Positions 15,785-26,160 are shown, counted from the stretch's first letter. The stretch is DNA of 64,000 bases from an uncultured Gammaproteobacteria bacterium (GCA_964413645.1 CAYPSA010000002.1:22508-86507), one strand, 5' to 3'. A program made the numbers and translations. The notes: generated by a model from the sequence alone, not told the origin.

Positions 15785-18328
15785 TCACGGAGTCGGAGTT
15801 ACTTCATCCCAAGGCTTCTTTATTCCAACCTTCAAGGTTGAGTCTGTAGAACTTCCTTTAGAATTACTTGAAAATACTTTAATTTCATACACGCCATCGG
15901 GCAAATTAATTGTTTCATCAACATCTCGCTGATCATCAGTGAATGTTTTTTTCACCGTTCCATTAACTATGATTTCAGTTTTTTCTACCCGGTCAAGTGA
16001 TGTAATCTTCGCACGAACTCGAACATCATTCGATTCTAATCGACAACGATCACATGGCTCTTTAATCGACACAACTATCTTTCCTGAATTAGTATCGGAA
16101 GTTTCTGTTGGTGGTTTAAACTTATTATCTGACTGCTCATTTCTCCAATCATTTATCGCTTCTTGCCATCGATTTTTTCCATCGGTTGAAACAGGATCGT
16201 TTTCGGTAATGACAATAAAGTCTTTTTCTTCATAATCACCCATCTTTACTTCCAGCTCATTAGCAATCTTTCCCGTACTTTTTGAAATTTTCAATTTTTT
16301 ATAATATGGTGAGGTGTCAGTTGGCTCTGAACCTTTTATGTAATACTCGGATCGTTGTGGGTACCCATCTTTAGGAAGTCCTCCGAGAAATGCATCGATT
16401 TGCAGCGATGTTACATCGTCGGGAACTTGCATAATTCCATTAGGATATTTAGCTAAAAGGGATGACATAATTTTGCTCCAAATTGGAGAAGCACCGGTAA
16501 CTCCAGAAGAAATCTTTGGATTCATTGGTGAATTATCATTATTTCCCACCCATACTCCAACCGTTACGCCTTTAGTGTATCCAACGGTCCAGTTATCACG
16601 TTTGTCGTTGGTTGTTCCTGTTTTTACCGCAACTGTTTTTCCGGGAATATTCAAGAAACTTCGTGTTCCAAAAGCATCGGCACGAGCATTATTGTCTGAA
16701 AGTATGTGCGATACTAAAAATGACGATCCTTTTGATAATACGCGGCGTTCATCAGCATCTTTACTTCTGAAAATTACCTTTCCTCGTGAATCTTTAACTT
16801 CTAAAATAGATGAATAATCTCGGGCAATTCCTTCTCGGGCAAACACAGAATAAGCATTCGACAAATCGAGTAGTGTTGTTTCACCGCCTCCTAATGTGAT
16901 TGAAAGACCAAATCGCTGCATGTTTTTAGTTGTCGGCTCAAATTGCACAAGACCCATGTCGTATGACTTTTGCAAGAAATCTTTTATTCCAACCATTGCC
17001 ACTAATTTCACCGCTGGAATGTTGTATGAATTTCCTAAGGCAAAACGCAACTGCGTGGGACCTCTAAATTTCCCGTCGTAATTTACGGGGATGTATTCCT
17101 TTTCTCCTTGATCAGGAAAAATTGTTTTTACATCCATAAGAACCGTTGACGGTGTGTATCCTTTTTCAAATGCAGTTGCATATGTTATTGGTTTTATTGC
17201 AGAACCAGGCTGACGAAGGGCTGTTGCCGTATTGAATCGCCCATACTCATTATCGTTATAATCGTACGAACCCACCATCGATAAAATCTCATTCTTTTCT
17301 GAATCTAACACGACTGCAGCACCGTTGGTGGCATTCAATTTTTTTATTTTTTCAATCTCTTCTTTTACAATTTTCTCCGCATTCTCCTGAACGTCAAGTG
17401 ACAAAGTGGTTTTTATTTCTAGTCCTTGATCAAGTATTTTGTCGCCAAACATTTCAGACAACTGATCGCGAACATAAAATACAAAGTGAGGTGCAGGAAA
17501 CGCCACGTGAGGAGCTTCAAATTTCATTTTATTCAATTCAATCAAGCTCGAAAGCTCTTGCTCTTTAGTAATATATCCATCTTCACGCATGCGTCGAAGC
17601 ACCGCTTTAGTGCGAGGAATGTACGCACCCTCAACGCCAATAAATGGTGAATATACACTCGGTAACTGAGGCAGACCAGCTAAAAATGCCGACTCTGTAA
17701 GATTCAACTTACTCACGTCTTTTCCAAAGTATCCTTGCGCGGCAGCTTCTACACCCCAAAAACTACCTCCGTACGGAGCTTCATTCATATACATCTGCAA
17801 AATTTCATCTTTTGAATATCGACGTTCTATTTCGATTGAGAGCACTAACTCTTTAATCTTGCGTGAGATTGTGCGCTCAGAGCTTAACAACACGTTCTTT
17901 ACCAATTGCTGCGTGAGTGTTGACCCTCCTTCTGTACGTCGCAACACCACTGTGTTAAAAACAGCTCGAAGGAGTCCTCGGGTTGAATACCCACTATGCG
18001 TATAAAATTCTCTATCTTCAATTGCTACTGTGGCATTCTTCAGATTTTTAGTAACGTGCTTAATATCAACAGGAATTCTATTCTTATCCTTGTACATCTG
18101 GTAAATAATCTTTCCATCGCGGTCATAAAATGTTGTCGCATTTCCACTTGAGTCTTTTAATTTATTTGGAGAAGGGAGGTCGGCAGAAAAGTATGCAAAA
18201 ATTAGAAATGCAAGAAAAAATAGTCCTACAAGCGCCCCTATTCCTACGTAAACAGCCTTGAGTGACAAATTATGGATTCCCCCAAAACTTGCTCGATGTC
18301 GCAATCGTCGTTTAAGAGCCAATTTCAT
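15785..18328 (-). CDS. class A penicillin-binding protein (glycosyltransferase + transpeptidase) with C-terminal Ig-like extension
   Basis: 847 aa. GT51 motifs EDREFYTHSG and RKIKE. Transpeptidase motifs SAIKP (SxxK), SYN (SxN), KTGTT (KTG). N-terminal TM. Confidence 0.9.
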   Translation of the reverse strand: MKLALKRRLRHRASFGGIHNLSLKAVYVGIGALVGLFFLAFLIFAYFSADLPSPNKLKDSSGNATTFYDRDGKIIYQMYKDKNRIPVDIKHVTKNLKNATVAIEDREFYTHSGYSTRGLLRAVFNTVVLRRTEGGSTLTQQLVKNVLLSSERTISRKIKELVLSIEIERRYSKDEILQMYMNEAPYGGSFWGVEAAAQGYFGKDVSKLNLTESAFLAGLPQLPSVYSPFIGVEGAYIPRTKAVLRRMREDGYITKEQELSSLIELNKMKFEAPHVAFPAPHFVFYVRDQLSEMFGDKILDQGLEIKTTLSLDVQENAEKIVKEEIEKIKKLNATNGAAVVLDSEKNEILSMVGSYDYNDNEYGRFNTATALRQPGSAIKPITYATAFEKGYTPSTVLMDVKTIFPDQGEKEYIPVNYDGKFRGPTQLRFALGNSYNIPAVKLVAMVGIKDFLQKSYDMGLVQFEPTTKNMQRFGLSITLGGGETTLLDLSNAYSVFAREGIARDYSSILEVKDSRGKVIFRSKDADERRVLSKGSSFLVSHILSDNNARADAFGTRSFLNIPGKTVAVKTGTTNDKRDNWTVGYTKGVTVGVWVGNNDNSPMNPKISSGVTGASPIWSKIMSSLLAKYPNGIMQVPDDVTSLQIDAFLGGLPKDGYPQRSEYYIKGSEPTDTSPYYKKLKISKSTGKIANELEVKMGDYEEKDFIVITENDPVSTDGKNRWQEAINDWRNEQSDNKFKPPTETSDTNSGKIVVSIKEPCDRCRLESNDVRVRAKITSLDRVEKTEIIVNGTVKKTFTDDQRDVDETINLPDGVYEIKVFSSNSKGSSTDSTLKVGIKKPWDEVTPTP

Positions 18329-18412
18329 AATATCATTATACTAAATATATACTCAATGTCCAAATCGGTGGAAATTAATGAAATTTGCCGTTAAAATGGG
18401 TATAATAAGATT

Positions 18413-18520
18413 ATGAATCTGCTAAAAAAAATTAATGCACAAGTCATTTGGAAAATTATAGTCATAATATCATCGCTATTACTGGTGCTTTCGTCAATCA
18501 TTCCACTTTTTTTATCGTAA
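18413..18520 (+). CDS. possible small membrane peptide (35 aa)
   Basis: Read by eye: MNLLKKINAQVIWKIIVIISSLLLVLSSIIPLFLS. TATAAT at 18401-18406, 6 nt before the ATG. Stops 8 nt before the recG start. Confidence 0.25.
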   Translation: MNLLKKINAQVIWKIIVIISSLLLVLSSIIPLFLS

Positions 18521-18528
18521 AATAGGGC

Positions 18529-20601
18529 ATGGATATTGATAGCCCGATTTCAACACTCCCCCGAACATCTTCGCTAACGATTCAGAAATTTAAGTCGCTT
18601 GAAATATTCTCAATAGCTGATTTGTTAAATTACTTTCCTACACGATACGAGGATTACTCTCTCATTATTCCGATTAAAGACCTGGGGAAATATTTTACCT
18701 TGGAAGGGGAAAAGAAACAAAAAATAACTATAGTTGGTACAGTCGATTCCATGAAGAACGTGTTTACAAGACGAGGTTTTAAGCTGCAAACGGCAGCAGT
18801 TTCAGACACTACCGGTAGTGTGGAAATTATTTGGTTTAATCAATATTACTTAATGAATCTTATTAAAGCCGGGCAAAAGATCTCACTTTCCGGAACGGTA
18901 AAACCCGATAAGAGGGGATATACGCTGCAAGTCGAAGAATTTGAAATGTTGGATGGAATCAAAGAATCTATTCACACCGGACGATTAGTTCCTATATATT
19001 CCGAAAAAGTGGGACTTTCTAATAAAACGATACGAGAGAAAATCCATGCGGTCTTGGCCGAATTGCAAAACACCGATGCATCGATTGTTCCTGATACAGT
19101 TGCGACGAGCGTAGATCTTATGGGTGCTGCAGCGGCGTATAGGGCCATTCACTTTCCGGCCAATGAGGAGGTGGCACAAAATGCTCGGGATCGACTCTCA
19201 TTCGATGAACTTTTTGTGATGCAACTGGCTTCTCGAATAATCCGAAATAAATGGCACGAACGGAAAGTAAGTAAAGTTATTACTCTCGAGGAAAACAATG
19301 AGAAAAAGTTGAACAGTTTTATCTCTTCGCTCCCATTTACTCTTACGGGAGCTCAGATTCGATCGTTCGAGGAAATTAAAACTGACATGTTGAAATCGTA
19401 TCCTATGAATCGACTACTACAAGGAGATGTGGGAAGTGGAAAAACAGTTATTGGCGCGCTTGGAGCATATATGGTTGCACTAAATGGATACAAAACACTC
19501 TTTATGGCCCCAACGGAAGTTTTAGCACTGCAACACTTTGAGACGATTCAAAAATTATTTAAAAAGCATGACTCTATTAAGACCGCAGTTTATACCGGTT
19601 CCCATAAATCGTCGAGTGAGGAGCTTGAGAGTGCCTCTATTATCGTAGGAACCCATGCTCTGATTAGCTCCAAATTTCAAATAGAAAATGTGGGGCTTAT
19701 TATTGTTGATGAACAGCATAAATTCGGTGTTGCTCAGCGACAGGAACTGAAGAGTAAGTCAGCAAGACCCCACCTGCTTTCTATGACCGCAACTCCTATT
19801 CCTCGAACAGTTAGTCTTACACTCTACGGAGAGCTAGATATTTCAATCATTGATGAACTTCCCAAAGGGCGGCTTACTATAAAATCGCACGTTGTCCCAC
19901 CAACTAAACGAACAGATGGGTATAAGTGGATTGTTGAAGAAATCAAAAAACATAAAACCCAGGTTTTTATAGTCTGCCCATTAATTGATGAATCCGACAG
20001 CGAGACAATGAAAGAAGTAAAAGCGGTAAAAGCTGAATTTGACATGCTTTCAAAAGGCCCCTTAAAACAAGTCGCGCTCTCGTTGCTCCACGGAAAGCTA
20101 AACTCTAAAGAAAAAGAGTCAGTCATGAACGAATTTGCAGCTGGAAAGAAAGATGTACTCGTTTCTACACCAGTCGTAGAAGTTGGAGTCGACATTCCCA
20201 ATGCAACTATTATGATTGTGGAAGCTGCAGAGCGTTTTGGATTGTCTCAACTTCACCAACTCCGGGGGCGGGTAGGTCGAGGGGATAAACAGTCATATTG
20301 TTTCCTGTTTACGGAAAAGACGGATGAAACAATCATTAAACGATTACAATTTTTTGCACAAACAAATAATGGGTTTGAGCTTGCTGAATACGATCTAAAA
20401 CATCGGGGAAGCGGTGATATTTTTGGACTTAAACAACACGGACTTTCCAAACTCCGCATTGCCTCGTTTAACGATCTGCCTATGGTAAAACTTAGCGGAC
20501 AAGCTGCCAACAATTTTATGAAAGAACTTGATGTTAAAAACTTTCCCAAATTGTTCAAGAAAGTTGAACAATTTGAAATTGAAAAAATCGCAAATGATTA
20601 A
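18529..20601 (+). CDS. recG: ATP-dependent DNA helicase RecG
   Basis: 690 aa. Wedge/OB N-terminus. Helicase motifs GDVGSGKT, DEQHKFG, SMTATPIPRT, QLHQLRGRVGRG. Confidence 0.9.
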   Translation: MDIDSPISTLPRTSSLTIQKFKSLEIFSIADLLNYFPTRYEDYSLIIPIKDLGKYFTLEGEKKQKITIVGTVDSMKNVFTRRGFKLQTAAVSDTTGSVEIIWFNQYYLMNLIKAGQKISLSGTVKPDKRGYTLQVEEFEMLDGIKESIHTGRLVPIYSEKVGLSNKTIREKIHAVLAELQNTDASIVPDTVATSVDLMGAAAAYRAIHFPANEEVAQNARDRLSFDELFVMQLASRIIRNKWHERKVSKVITLEENNEKKLNSFISSLPFTLTGAQIRSFEEIKTDMLKSYPMNRLLQGDVGSGKTVIGALGAYMVALNGYKTLFMAPTEVLALQHFETIQKLFKKHDSIKTAVYTGSHKSSSEELESASIIVGTHALISSKFQIENVGLIIVDEQHKFGVAQRQELKSKSARPHLLSMTATPIPRTVSLTLYGELDISIIDELPKGRLTIKSHVVPPTKRTDGYKWIVEEIKKHKTQVFIVCPLIDESDSETMKEVKAVKAEFDMLSKGPLKQVALSLLHGKLNSKEKESVMNEFAAGKKDVLVSTPVVEVGVDIPNATIMIVEAAERFGLSQLHQLRGRVGRGDKQSYCFLFTEKTDETIIKRLQFFAQTNNGFELAEYDLKHRGSGDIFGLKQHGLSKLRIASFNDLPMVKLSGQAANNFMKELDVKNFPKLFKKVEQFEIEKIAND

Positions 20602-21295
20602 ATCACTATCAGTAATTACCGAGCTTAAACACGCAGCAGACACACAAAAGGCTCAGAATTTGTCTCGTTTCTTCAAAACGGGAAAAGGGCAATATGGCGA
20701 AGGTGATATTTTTTGGGGAATAAATGTACCAAAACAGCACGCGATTGCGAAGAAATATGTAAGCCTACCTCTTACAGAGATTGAGGAGCTCATAAATAGC
20801 CCTGTTCATGAATGCCGACTCACCGGGCTTTTAATATTAGTCTATAAATTCAAAAAGGCAGACGAAATTCTTCGAAAAGAGCTGTATACGTTTTACTTGA
20901 AACATTCCAAAAAAGTAAACAATTGGGATTTGGTTGATACATCAGCCAAAATATTAGTAGGGGAGTATTTACTCGATAAAGACACTGCAATTTTACAAGA
21001 ATATGCACGCTCAAAAAATATGTGGCAACGACGTATTGCCATTTTGTCTACCGCAGCTTTCATTAAAAAAGATCACTTCGACGAAACGCTTAAAATCGCT
21101 ACCATCCTCCTTCGCGATAATCATGATCTTATTCACAAAGCCGTCGGCTGGATGCTTCGAGAAGTCGGGAAACGCGATCAAGCAATACTACTTTCGTTTC
21201 TCGAAGTTCATGCTAAAACCATGCCTCGCACGATGTTACGTTATGCGATTGAAAAAATGTCGGATGATCTAAGATTACATTATCTGAAAAGCTAA
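20594..21295 (+). CDS. DNA alkylation repair protein (AlkD/AlkC-like HEAT-repeat family)
   Basis: Trimmed to the ATG at 20594, which overlaps the recG stop (ATGATTAA). RFFKTGKGQYGEGDIFWGI and NNWDLVD motifs are typical of the family. Confidence 0.7.
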   Translation: MIKSLSVITELKHAADTQKAQNLSRFFKTGKGQYGEGDIFWGINVPKQHAIAKKYVSLPLTEIEELINSPVHECRLTGLLILVYKFKKADEILRKELYTFYLKHSKKVNNWDLVDTSAKILVGEYLLDKDTAILQEYARSKNMWQRRIAILSTAAFIKKDHFDETLKIATILLRDNHDLIHKAVGWMLREVGKRDQAILLSFLEVHAKTMPRTMLRYAIEKMSDDLRLHYLKS

Positions 21296-21321
21296 GAACA
21301 ATTAAACAATATACAATAATT

Positions 21322-21495
21322 ATGAATAATGAGTTTGAAAGTGAAATCTTTCGACCAGGTGAAAACACAGGAGTATATACAACGCTCGGCTTGTTCGCAA
21401 ATGGCATAAGAACAGTTATTGGATGGCTAATCGGCGAATACGACGATGAACTTACACTGTATGAATATGAAATTGAGGACTGGCCACAAGAGTGA
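21322..21495 (+). CDS. possible small protein (57 aa)
   Basis: Read by eye: MNNEFESEIFRPGENTGVYTTLGLFANGIRTVIGWLIGEYDDELTLYEYEIEDWPQE. More protein-like than the Ser-rich antisense ORF 21213-21515. Confidence 0.3.
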   Translation: MNNEFESEIFRPGENTGVYTTLGLFANGIRTVIGWLIGEYDDELTLYEYEIEDWPQE

Positions 21496-21564
21496 ATAAT
21501 CTTCAACAAGTCCACCGCTAACTTATTATTGTAAAACTCGGGTTTCTAGTGTAAAATACTAACT

Positions 21565-21714
21565 ATGGCACCACTTCCAAAGAGAAAACATTCAACAGCA
21601 CGCAAAGGCAAACGCATGATCGCGCGTAAGACTGCTATGCCTCAGCTTTCAAACTGCGAACACTGCGGCGCACCAAAAATTCCACATCGTGTTTGTAAAA
21701 AATGCGGTAAATAG
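21565..21714 (+). CDS. rpmF: 50S ribosomal protein L32
   Basis: Read by eye (49 aa, below the track cutoff): MAPLPKRKHSTARKGKRMIARKTAMPQLSNCEHCGAPKIPHRVCKKCGK. Confidence 0.85.
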   Translation: MAPLPKRKHSTARKGKRMIARKTAMPQLSNCEHCGAPKIPHRVCKKCGK

Positions 21715-21715
21715 T

Positions 21716-22069
21716 ATGGATAGACGCCACGAAATACGCGTTTCGATAGTTCAAAAACTGTATTCTTTGAAATTTGCCCCTGCCGATTCAAGCGACTCTA
21801 TTGACGTAAAAATCCGCTCAATTCTAAAAGTTGCTGAAGATATTAACAAACTCATAGTCGATGCAGCTCCAAAGTTCCCATTAGAAAAGATCTCACGAGT
21901 TGACTTAAGTATTCTACAACTGGCAATTTACGAAATGGTATTTGAAAAGAAAACACCGCCAAAAGTTATTATTAATGAAGCTATTGAATTAGCACACGAA
22001 CTGGGAAGTGAAAAAACACCAGGATTTATCAATGCCGTTTTAGGTAAAATCTTTGCAGACAATGAATGA
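21716..22069 (+). CDS. nusB: transcription antitermination factor NusB
   Basis: Trimmed to the ATG at 21716, just after the rpmF stop. RHEIRVSIVQKLYS...INEAIELAHELGSEKTPGFINAVLGKI. Confidence 0.8.
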   Translation: MDRRHEIRVSIVQKLYSLKFAPADSSDSIDVKIRSILKVAEDINKLIVDAAPKFPLEKISRVDLSILQLAIYEMVFEKKTPPKVIINEAIELAHELGSEKTPGFINAVLGKIFADNE

Positions 22070-22748
22070 CATTAAAATATTACAAGATAAAATTGGTATT
22101 CAGTTTAAAGACGAAGAGTTACTTCGCAGTGCATTCGTGCACCGCTCTTACTTGAATGAAAATAAAGACTTCAAATTTCCATCGAATGAAAAGCTCGAAT
22201 TTTTAGGAGACAGCGTCTTATCTCTTATAACATCGATTTACCTCTTTCGAACCTACCCAACGCTTCAAGAAGGTGACTATACCGACATTAAGGCATCTAT
22301 TGTAAAAACAGAAAGTCTTTATGAAGCCGCATCAAAACTGTCACTTGGAGATTATTTATATCTTTCAAAGGGGGAAGATGACAATAAAGGACGTGAAGGA
22401 ACATCTATATTAGCTGATTGTTTTGAAGCAGTTCTTGCGACGATTTTTTTAGATCAAGGGTTTGACACTGCATATAATTTTATTGTTCAATTCTTATTCA
22501 CCGATAAACTTGGCGCTATTGTGGAAAGTAAAGAATATTTATCAGCAAAAAATCGATTACAAGAATATTGGCAAGAAAAGTACAAAACACTTCCCGTGTA
22601 TAAACTAATTATCGAAGAAGGACCAGAACACCATAAAAGCTATACAATTGGAGTCTATCACAAAGGAAATCTTCTTGGGCAGGGTAAGGGATGGTCGAAA
22701 AAGTCCGCTGAAGAAAAAGCTGCAAAAGATGCATTAAAAAGTTTATAA
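22062..22748 (+). CDS. rnc: ribonuclease III
   Basis: NEKLEFLGDSVL signature and a C-terminal dsRBD (KSYTIGV...GKGWSKKSAEEKAAKDAL). The track start at 22053 is TTG; the ATG at 22062 overlaps the nusB stop. Confidence 0.9.
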   Translation: MNDIKILQDKIGIQFKDEELLRSAFVHRSYLNENKDFKFPSNEKLEFLGDSVLSLITSIYLFRTYPTLQEGDYTDIKASIVKTESLYEAASKLSLGDYLYLSKGEDDNKGREGTSILADCFEAVLATIFLDQGFDTAYNFIVQFLFTDKLGAIVESKEYLSAKNRLQEYWQEKYKTLPVYKLIIEEGPEHHKSYTIGVYHKGNLLGQGKGWSKKSAEEKAAKDALKSL

Positions 22749-22768
22749 GTATGATATAATAAACCTAT

Positions 22769-23008
22769 ATGGCATTGAAAATCAAATTATTTCGAGTCGG
22801 AAAACGCAACGATCCAAAATATCGAATCGTAATTTCTGAACAACATAACAAACGCGAAGGTAAATATATTGACAATATTGGTCACTATGATCCTATTGCT
22901 CAACCCCACGTTTTGAAAGTTGACGAAGAAAAATTAAAAAGCTGGATCGCAAAAGGAGCAACGTTTACCGAAGGAACCAATAAACTATTAGGTAAATCTG
23001 TTAAATAA
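22769..23008 (+). CDS. rpsP: 30S ribosomal protein S16
   Basis: MALKIKLFRVGKRNDPKYRIVI. TGaTATAAT box at 22752-22760, 8 nt before the ATG. Confidence 0.9.
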   Translation: MALKIKLFRVGKRNDPKYRIVISEQHNKREGKYIDNIGHYDPIAQPHVLKVDEEKLKSWIAKGATFTEGTNKLLGKSVK

Positions 23009-23009
23009 T

Positions 23010-23246
23010 ATGCAGGAATTTCTTCATTTCTTAATAGCGCAAATCGTCGATGATGTTGACTCAATTTCTATTACTCAATCTTCAGAGGGTGACACGATCC
23101 GATTCGATGTGAAACTTACCGAAGGCGAATACGGAAAAGTAATTGGAAAAGGTGGAAAGACAATCAATGCTATTAAAACTCTTCTATACGTATATCAAGC
23201 CAAAAAGGAACAGTCTCATCAGCAAATCTTCATAAACATCGCGTAA
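23010..23246 (+). CDS. KH-domain RNA-binding protein (YlqC/UPF0109-like)
   Basis: 78 aa. GKVIGKGGKTINAIKTL GxxG loop. Conserved position after rpsP. Confidence 0.75.
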   Translation: MQEFLHFLIAQIVDDVDSISITQSSEGDTIRFDVKLTEGEYGKVIGKGGKTINAIKTLLYVYQAKKEQSHQQIFINIA

Positions 23247-23251
23247 TTTTT

Positions 23252-23932
23252 TTATTGACTAAATGGATCTTGCTTAGACTCTAGTTGGATCTCTGGTTTA
23301 TTTTCATCGGAAGAAGACGTGATATTTCCATCACGAGCTTCGATTTTTTGCAAGAGCTGCACCATATTCTGATTAATTACGGGAACGGTATTTGACGACC
23401 CATTTGCTGCAAAGGCCTTACTGTGAAACTTCAATTTAAAAACCGCAGTCGAAGCAGGAGGATTTAGTGTAATATCTTCAATGGTCGCAACCCGAGTACC
23501 AGCAAGTTGATATTGTTCTAGAAAATTTAGGAATGATGAAACAGTTCCAGACGCTTCTGCAGAAACCAAAACTCCATCGGTACTTGTACCTGAAAAAGGT
23601 GATGAAAATGATGTAAATGTAACACCTGTATTAGTCCCCATAACATCAAGCGAATTGAAAATCGAGAAATAATCTTCAGAACTTGGTAGCAATCTGTTAA
23701 GCGTAATCGCCAGCTTATCTAATTCGTCCGGTGAGTATCGCACGATCGTATCATTCTGTTTTTGAAGCTCTGCGATTTCTAATGTAATAGAATCAATCTT
23801 TCGGTTAGTTTCAAGAATCGATTGGGTATTTCTAGATGCAACAATCATCAGAATACTGCTAAATAACACAAGCGCAACTGCATATAATGCATTTTCCTTT
23901 AAAACTCGCGTAAGTGCGAAATTAAGCTTCAT
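23252..23932 (-). CDS. PilO-like pilus assembly protein (TM + coiled coil + C-terminal domain)
   Basis: 226 aa. N-terminal TM and a coiled-coil stretch. Lies directly downstream of the pilM/pilN-like genes. Assigned from architecture and context only. Confidence 0.5.
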   Translation of the reverse strand: MKLNFALTRVLKENALYAVALVLFSSILMIVASRNTQSILETNRKIDSITLEIAELQKQNDTIVRYSPDELDKLAITLNRLLPSSEDYFSIFNSLDVMGTNTGVTFTSFSSPFSGTSTDGVLVSAEASGTVSSFLNFLEQYQLAGTRVATIEDITLNPPASTAVFKLKFHSKAFAANGSSNTVPVINQNMVQLLQKIEARDGNITSSSDENKPEIQLESKQDPFSQ

Positions 23933-23933
23933 A

Positions 23934-24494
23934 TTATTTAAATGTACCCGCTAAATTAACCGAAACAACCGGACCACCTTCGACCGTTTGTCCAATTGAT
24001 AACGAATCAACCAGAAGCATTGAAAAAACATTCTTAAATATATTGCTTTCTACATTATTCATAAACTCATACGCTTCTGTTTGGCTTCCAAATACAATCG
24101 TAGTTTTAAATGTTTTAGTTTTATCAACGGTAAAGGTATTTATAGTAGCCGAACTTGAAGAAACAGGAAGAATACTTGTTAAGCGAGTAAAATACGATTT
24201 AAATTGCGGATCCTTTTCTATCAAGCCCGATAACGCATTACTTTTAAGAGCAACCAATTGAACTTTCCGAACTGTTTCACGTCGTGAACTCAGCTCATTT
24301 ATCAAAGACTCCTTTTGTGCAAGTAATTGTGCATAATTAGCCTCTACTCGATTTTTCTGGATAAAAATTATTGAAAGGGCAACAATGGTAATCGCCCCCA
24401 CAACAAATGTTGCAAGGCGCAAAAAAAATAGCGCCGAATGCACCCGAGGACTCACTACTTGTCGTGACAGTAAATTAATTCTGTGTCCCAGCAT
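23934..24494 (-). CDS. PilN-like pilus assembly protein
   Basis: 186 aa. N-terminal INLLS motif followed by a TM helix, as in PilN. Adjacent to pilM. Confidence 0.55.
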   Translation of the reverse strand: MLGHRINLLSRQVVSPRVHSALFFLRLATFVVGAITIVALSIIFIQKNRVEANYAQLLAQKESLINELSSRRETVRKVQLVALKSNALSGLIEKDPQFKSYFTRLTSILPVSSSSATINTFTVDKTKTFKTTIVFGSQTEAYEFMNNVESNIFKNVFSMLLVDSLSIGQTVEGGPVVSVNLAGTFK

Positions 24495-24500
24495 GGTAAT

Positions 24501-25547
24501 TTATGTAGGCAATCCCGCACCTATGGCGGGAATAAACAAGCCTAAATCTTTTTTGAAGTATTCAACAACTTGATTATTTTGCATGAACGGAGCGGGTGTA
24601 AAACAAACTACAGGAATGCCCACGGTAGCTGCCAGTTTCGCGTCAAGTCCAGCAAAATGACATCCTTCGCCGATAATTACAAGTTTACTGATTGGAGTTG
24701 TATATTTTTGCTTCGATGAAATTACAAATTTCGATACCTCTGCTGCAAGTTCATTGTATGCCGCCGATAATACATTTTGGATCGGCACAGGAGCAACATG
24801 ACCAGTTAGACCAACTTCTGCAAGTAATTTTTCAGCCTCGGCGTCTGAAATGTTGAAATTACTTTTAATTTCCTTTAAAAAAATCTCCATGCCAACCATA
24901 AAACTATGCGTCTGAAGCGGAGATCCTTGTGTCATGTCATATAAGGCCAGCGATGTTGATGAGAATCCAAGATTCATAAATAACTCAAGCGCGGGTACTT
25001 GTGCCGTGGGTGCTTTTTGCGCATGGGTAATGTGAGCAATAAAATTGAACGTTGCGCTTGATTCATTGGTAATTGATATGGGAAGTAAATCAGCATGCTC
25101 TACAATACCGCTAATTTTTTCAATCATTGCTTTGGAAGTTGCCACTAGCAGAACTACTGTTTTTTTATTCTTTTTATCTTCTACAAGCATTTGTAAATCA
25201 AGCGCTGCTTTATCGATAGGTATGGGAATATATTGCTCAGCCTGATAGCGAATTGCCGAGATAAGCTCTTTTTCGGTTAACGTAGGCATTTCCAAAATAC
25301 GCGTATAGCTTCTACTGTCTGGTATAACAATTGCTGCATCACGAGCAGATACTTTCGTATCTTTGACCATCTGCTTTATTAATGCCGCCAGCTTATTCGC
25401 GGCATCATCTGAATCATTAACATAAACATTCATAGGAACGCGCTCATACGCAAGTGTATCGGCAACAATATGACCATCAGCAATAGAAATTTTCGCGAGT
25501 TTTACAAACGTATCACCAATATCAAGCACTATCTGGTTAGAAGACAT
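24501..25547 (-). CDS. pilM: type IV pilus assembly protein PilM (actin-like ATPase fold)
   Basis: 348 aa. IVLDIGDTFVKLA N-terminus. Size and context match PilM. Confidence 0.75.
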   Translation of the reverse strand: MSSNQIVLDIGDTFVKLAKISIADGHIVADTLAYERVPMNVYVNDSDDAANKLAALIKQMVKDTKVSARDAAIVIPDSRSYTRILEMPTLTEKELISAIRYQAEQYIPIPIDKAALDLQMLVEDKKNKKTVVLLVATSKAMIEKISGIVEHADLLPISITNESSATFNFIAHITHAQKAPTAQVPALELFMNLGFSSTSLALYDMTQGSPLQTHSFMVGMEIFLKEIKSNFNISDAEAEKLLAEVGLTGHVAPVPIQNVLSAAYNELAAEVSKFVISSKQKYTTPISKLVIIGEGCHFAGLDAKLAATVGIPVVCFTPAPFMQNNQVVEYFKKDLGLFIPAIGAGLPT

Positions 25548-25598
25548 ACATTCAGTATGTAAAATTATTGAGGCAAAATCAATAAGGAAACCGTCACC

Positions 25599-26159
25599 TT
25601 ACTGGTAATTTTGAAGTTTAGTTTTGGTTTGATAGTATAGCGTCGCTTTCTCTTCACGCGTAGCAGGTGTTCCCAATTGTGAGACTTGAAAACTAATACT
25701 TATAAGTGGAGGACTAAAAGACGAGGTTCTTTCACAACTAATTGAAAAGTTACTTACCGCAACTTTATTATTGGTTAAATATAATGGATTAGGGCTGATT
25801 ACTGCCGAGTCAGAAGCAATTTGTCCATTAGTCAGATAAAAATAAAATCTATTTCCTCCAGAATCTTTCATGTAAACGTTATTTGATGATGTAGGCGTAC
25901 TCGTTCCCGATGTCGTTGAACAAACTTCCGTGGTAAGAGCGGCATCTGAATATATGGCACTTGCCTGTGTGTGAACCAACTGTTCAATTGAGGCTAATGC
26001 ATCATCTCCATTGCGTTTTACTTGCTGCAAAATTAGAATTTTTGTTCTGCTTTGCAAATTTACCAGAAACAAGCTAAACACTACTGGTAGTGTGAGTGTT
26101 AATATACTCAGCGACACAATTAGCTCAATAAGCGTAAAGCCTTTTCTGTTTTTTTTCAT
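25599..26159 (-). CDS. prepilin-type N-terminal cleavage/methylation domain protein (minor pilin)
   Basis: Trimmed to MKKNRKGFTLIELIVSLSIL. G|FTLIE class III signal. Confidence 0.7.
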   Translation of the reverse strand: MKKNRKGFTLIELIVSLSILTLTLPVVFSLFLVNLQSRTKILILQQVKRNGDDALASIEQLVHTQASAIYSDAALTTEVCSTTSGTSTPTSSNNVYMKDSGGNRFYFYLTNGQIASDSAVISPNPLYLTNNKVAVSNFSISCERTSSFSPPLISISFQVSQLGTPATREEKATLYYQTKTKLQNYQ

Positions 26160-26160
26160 A

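Noticed and set aside
21213-21515. 100-aa minus-strand ORF in the alkD-rpmF spacer
   Set aside because: It overlaps the alkD-like 3' end and has a Ser/Tyr low-complexity N-terminus. The 57-aa + strand ORF in the same place looks more protein-like, though it is itself uncertain.
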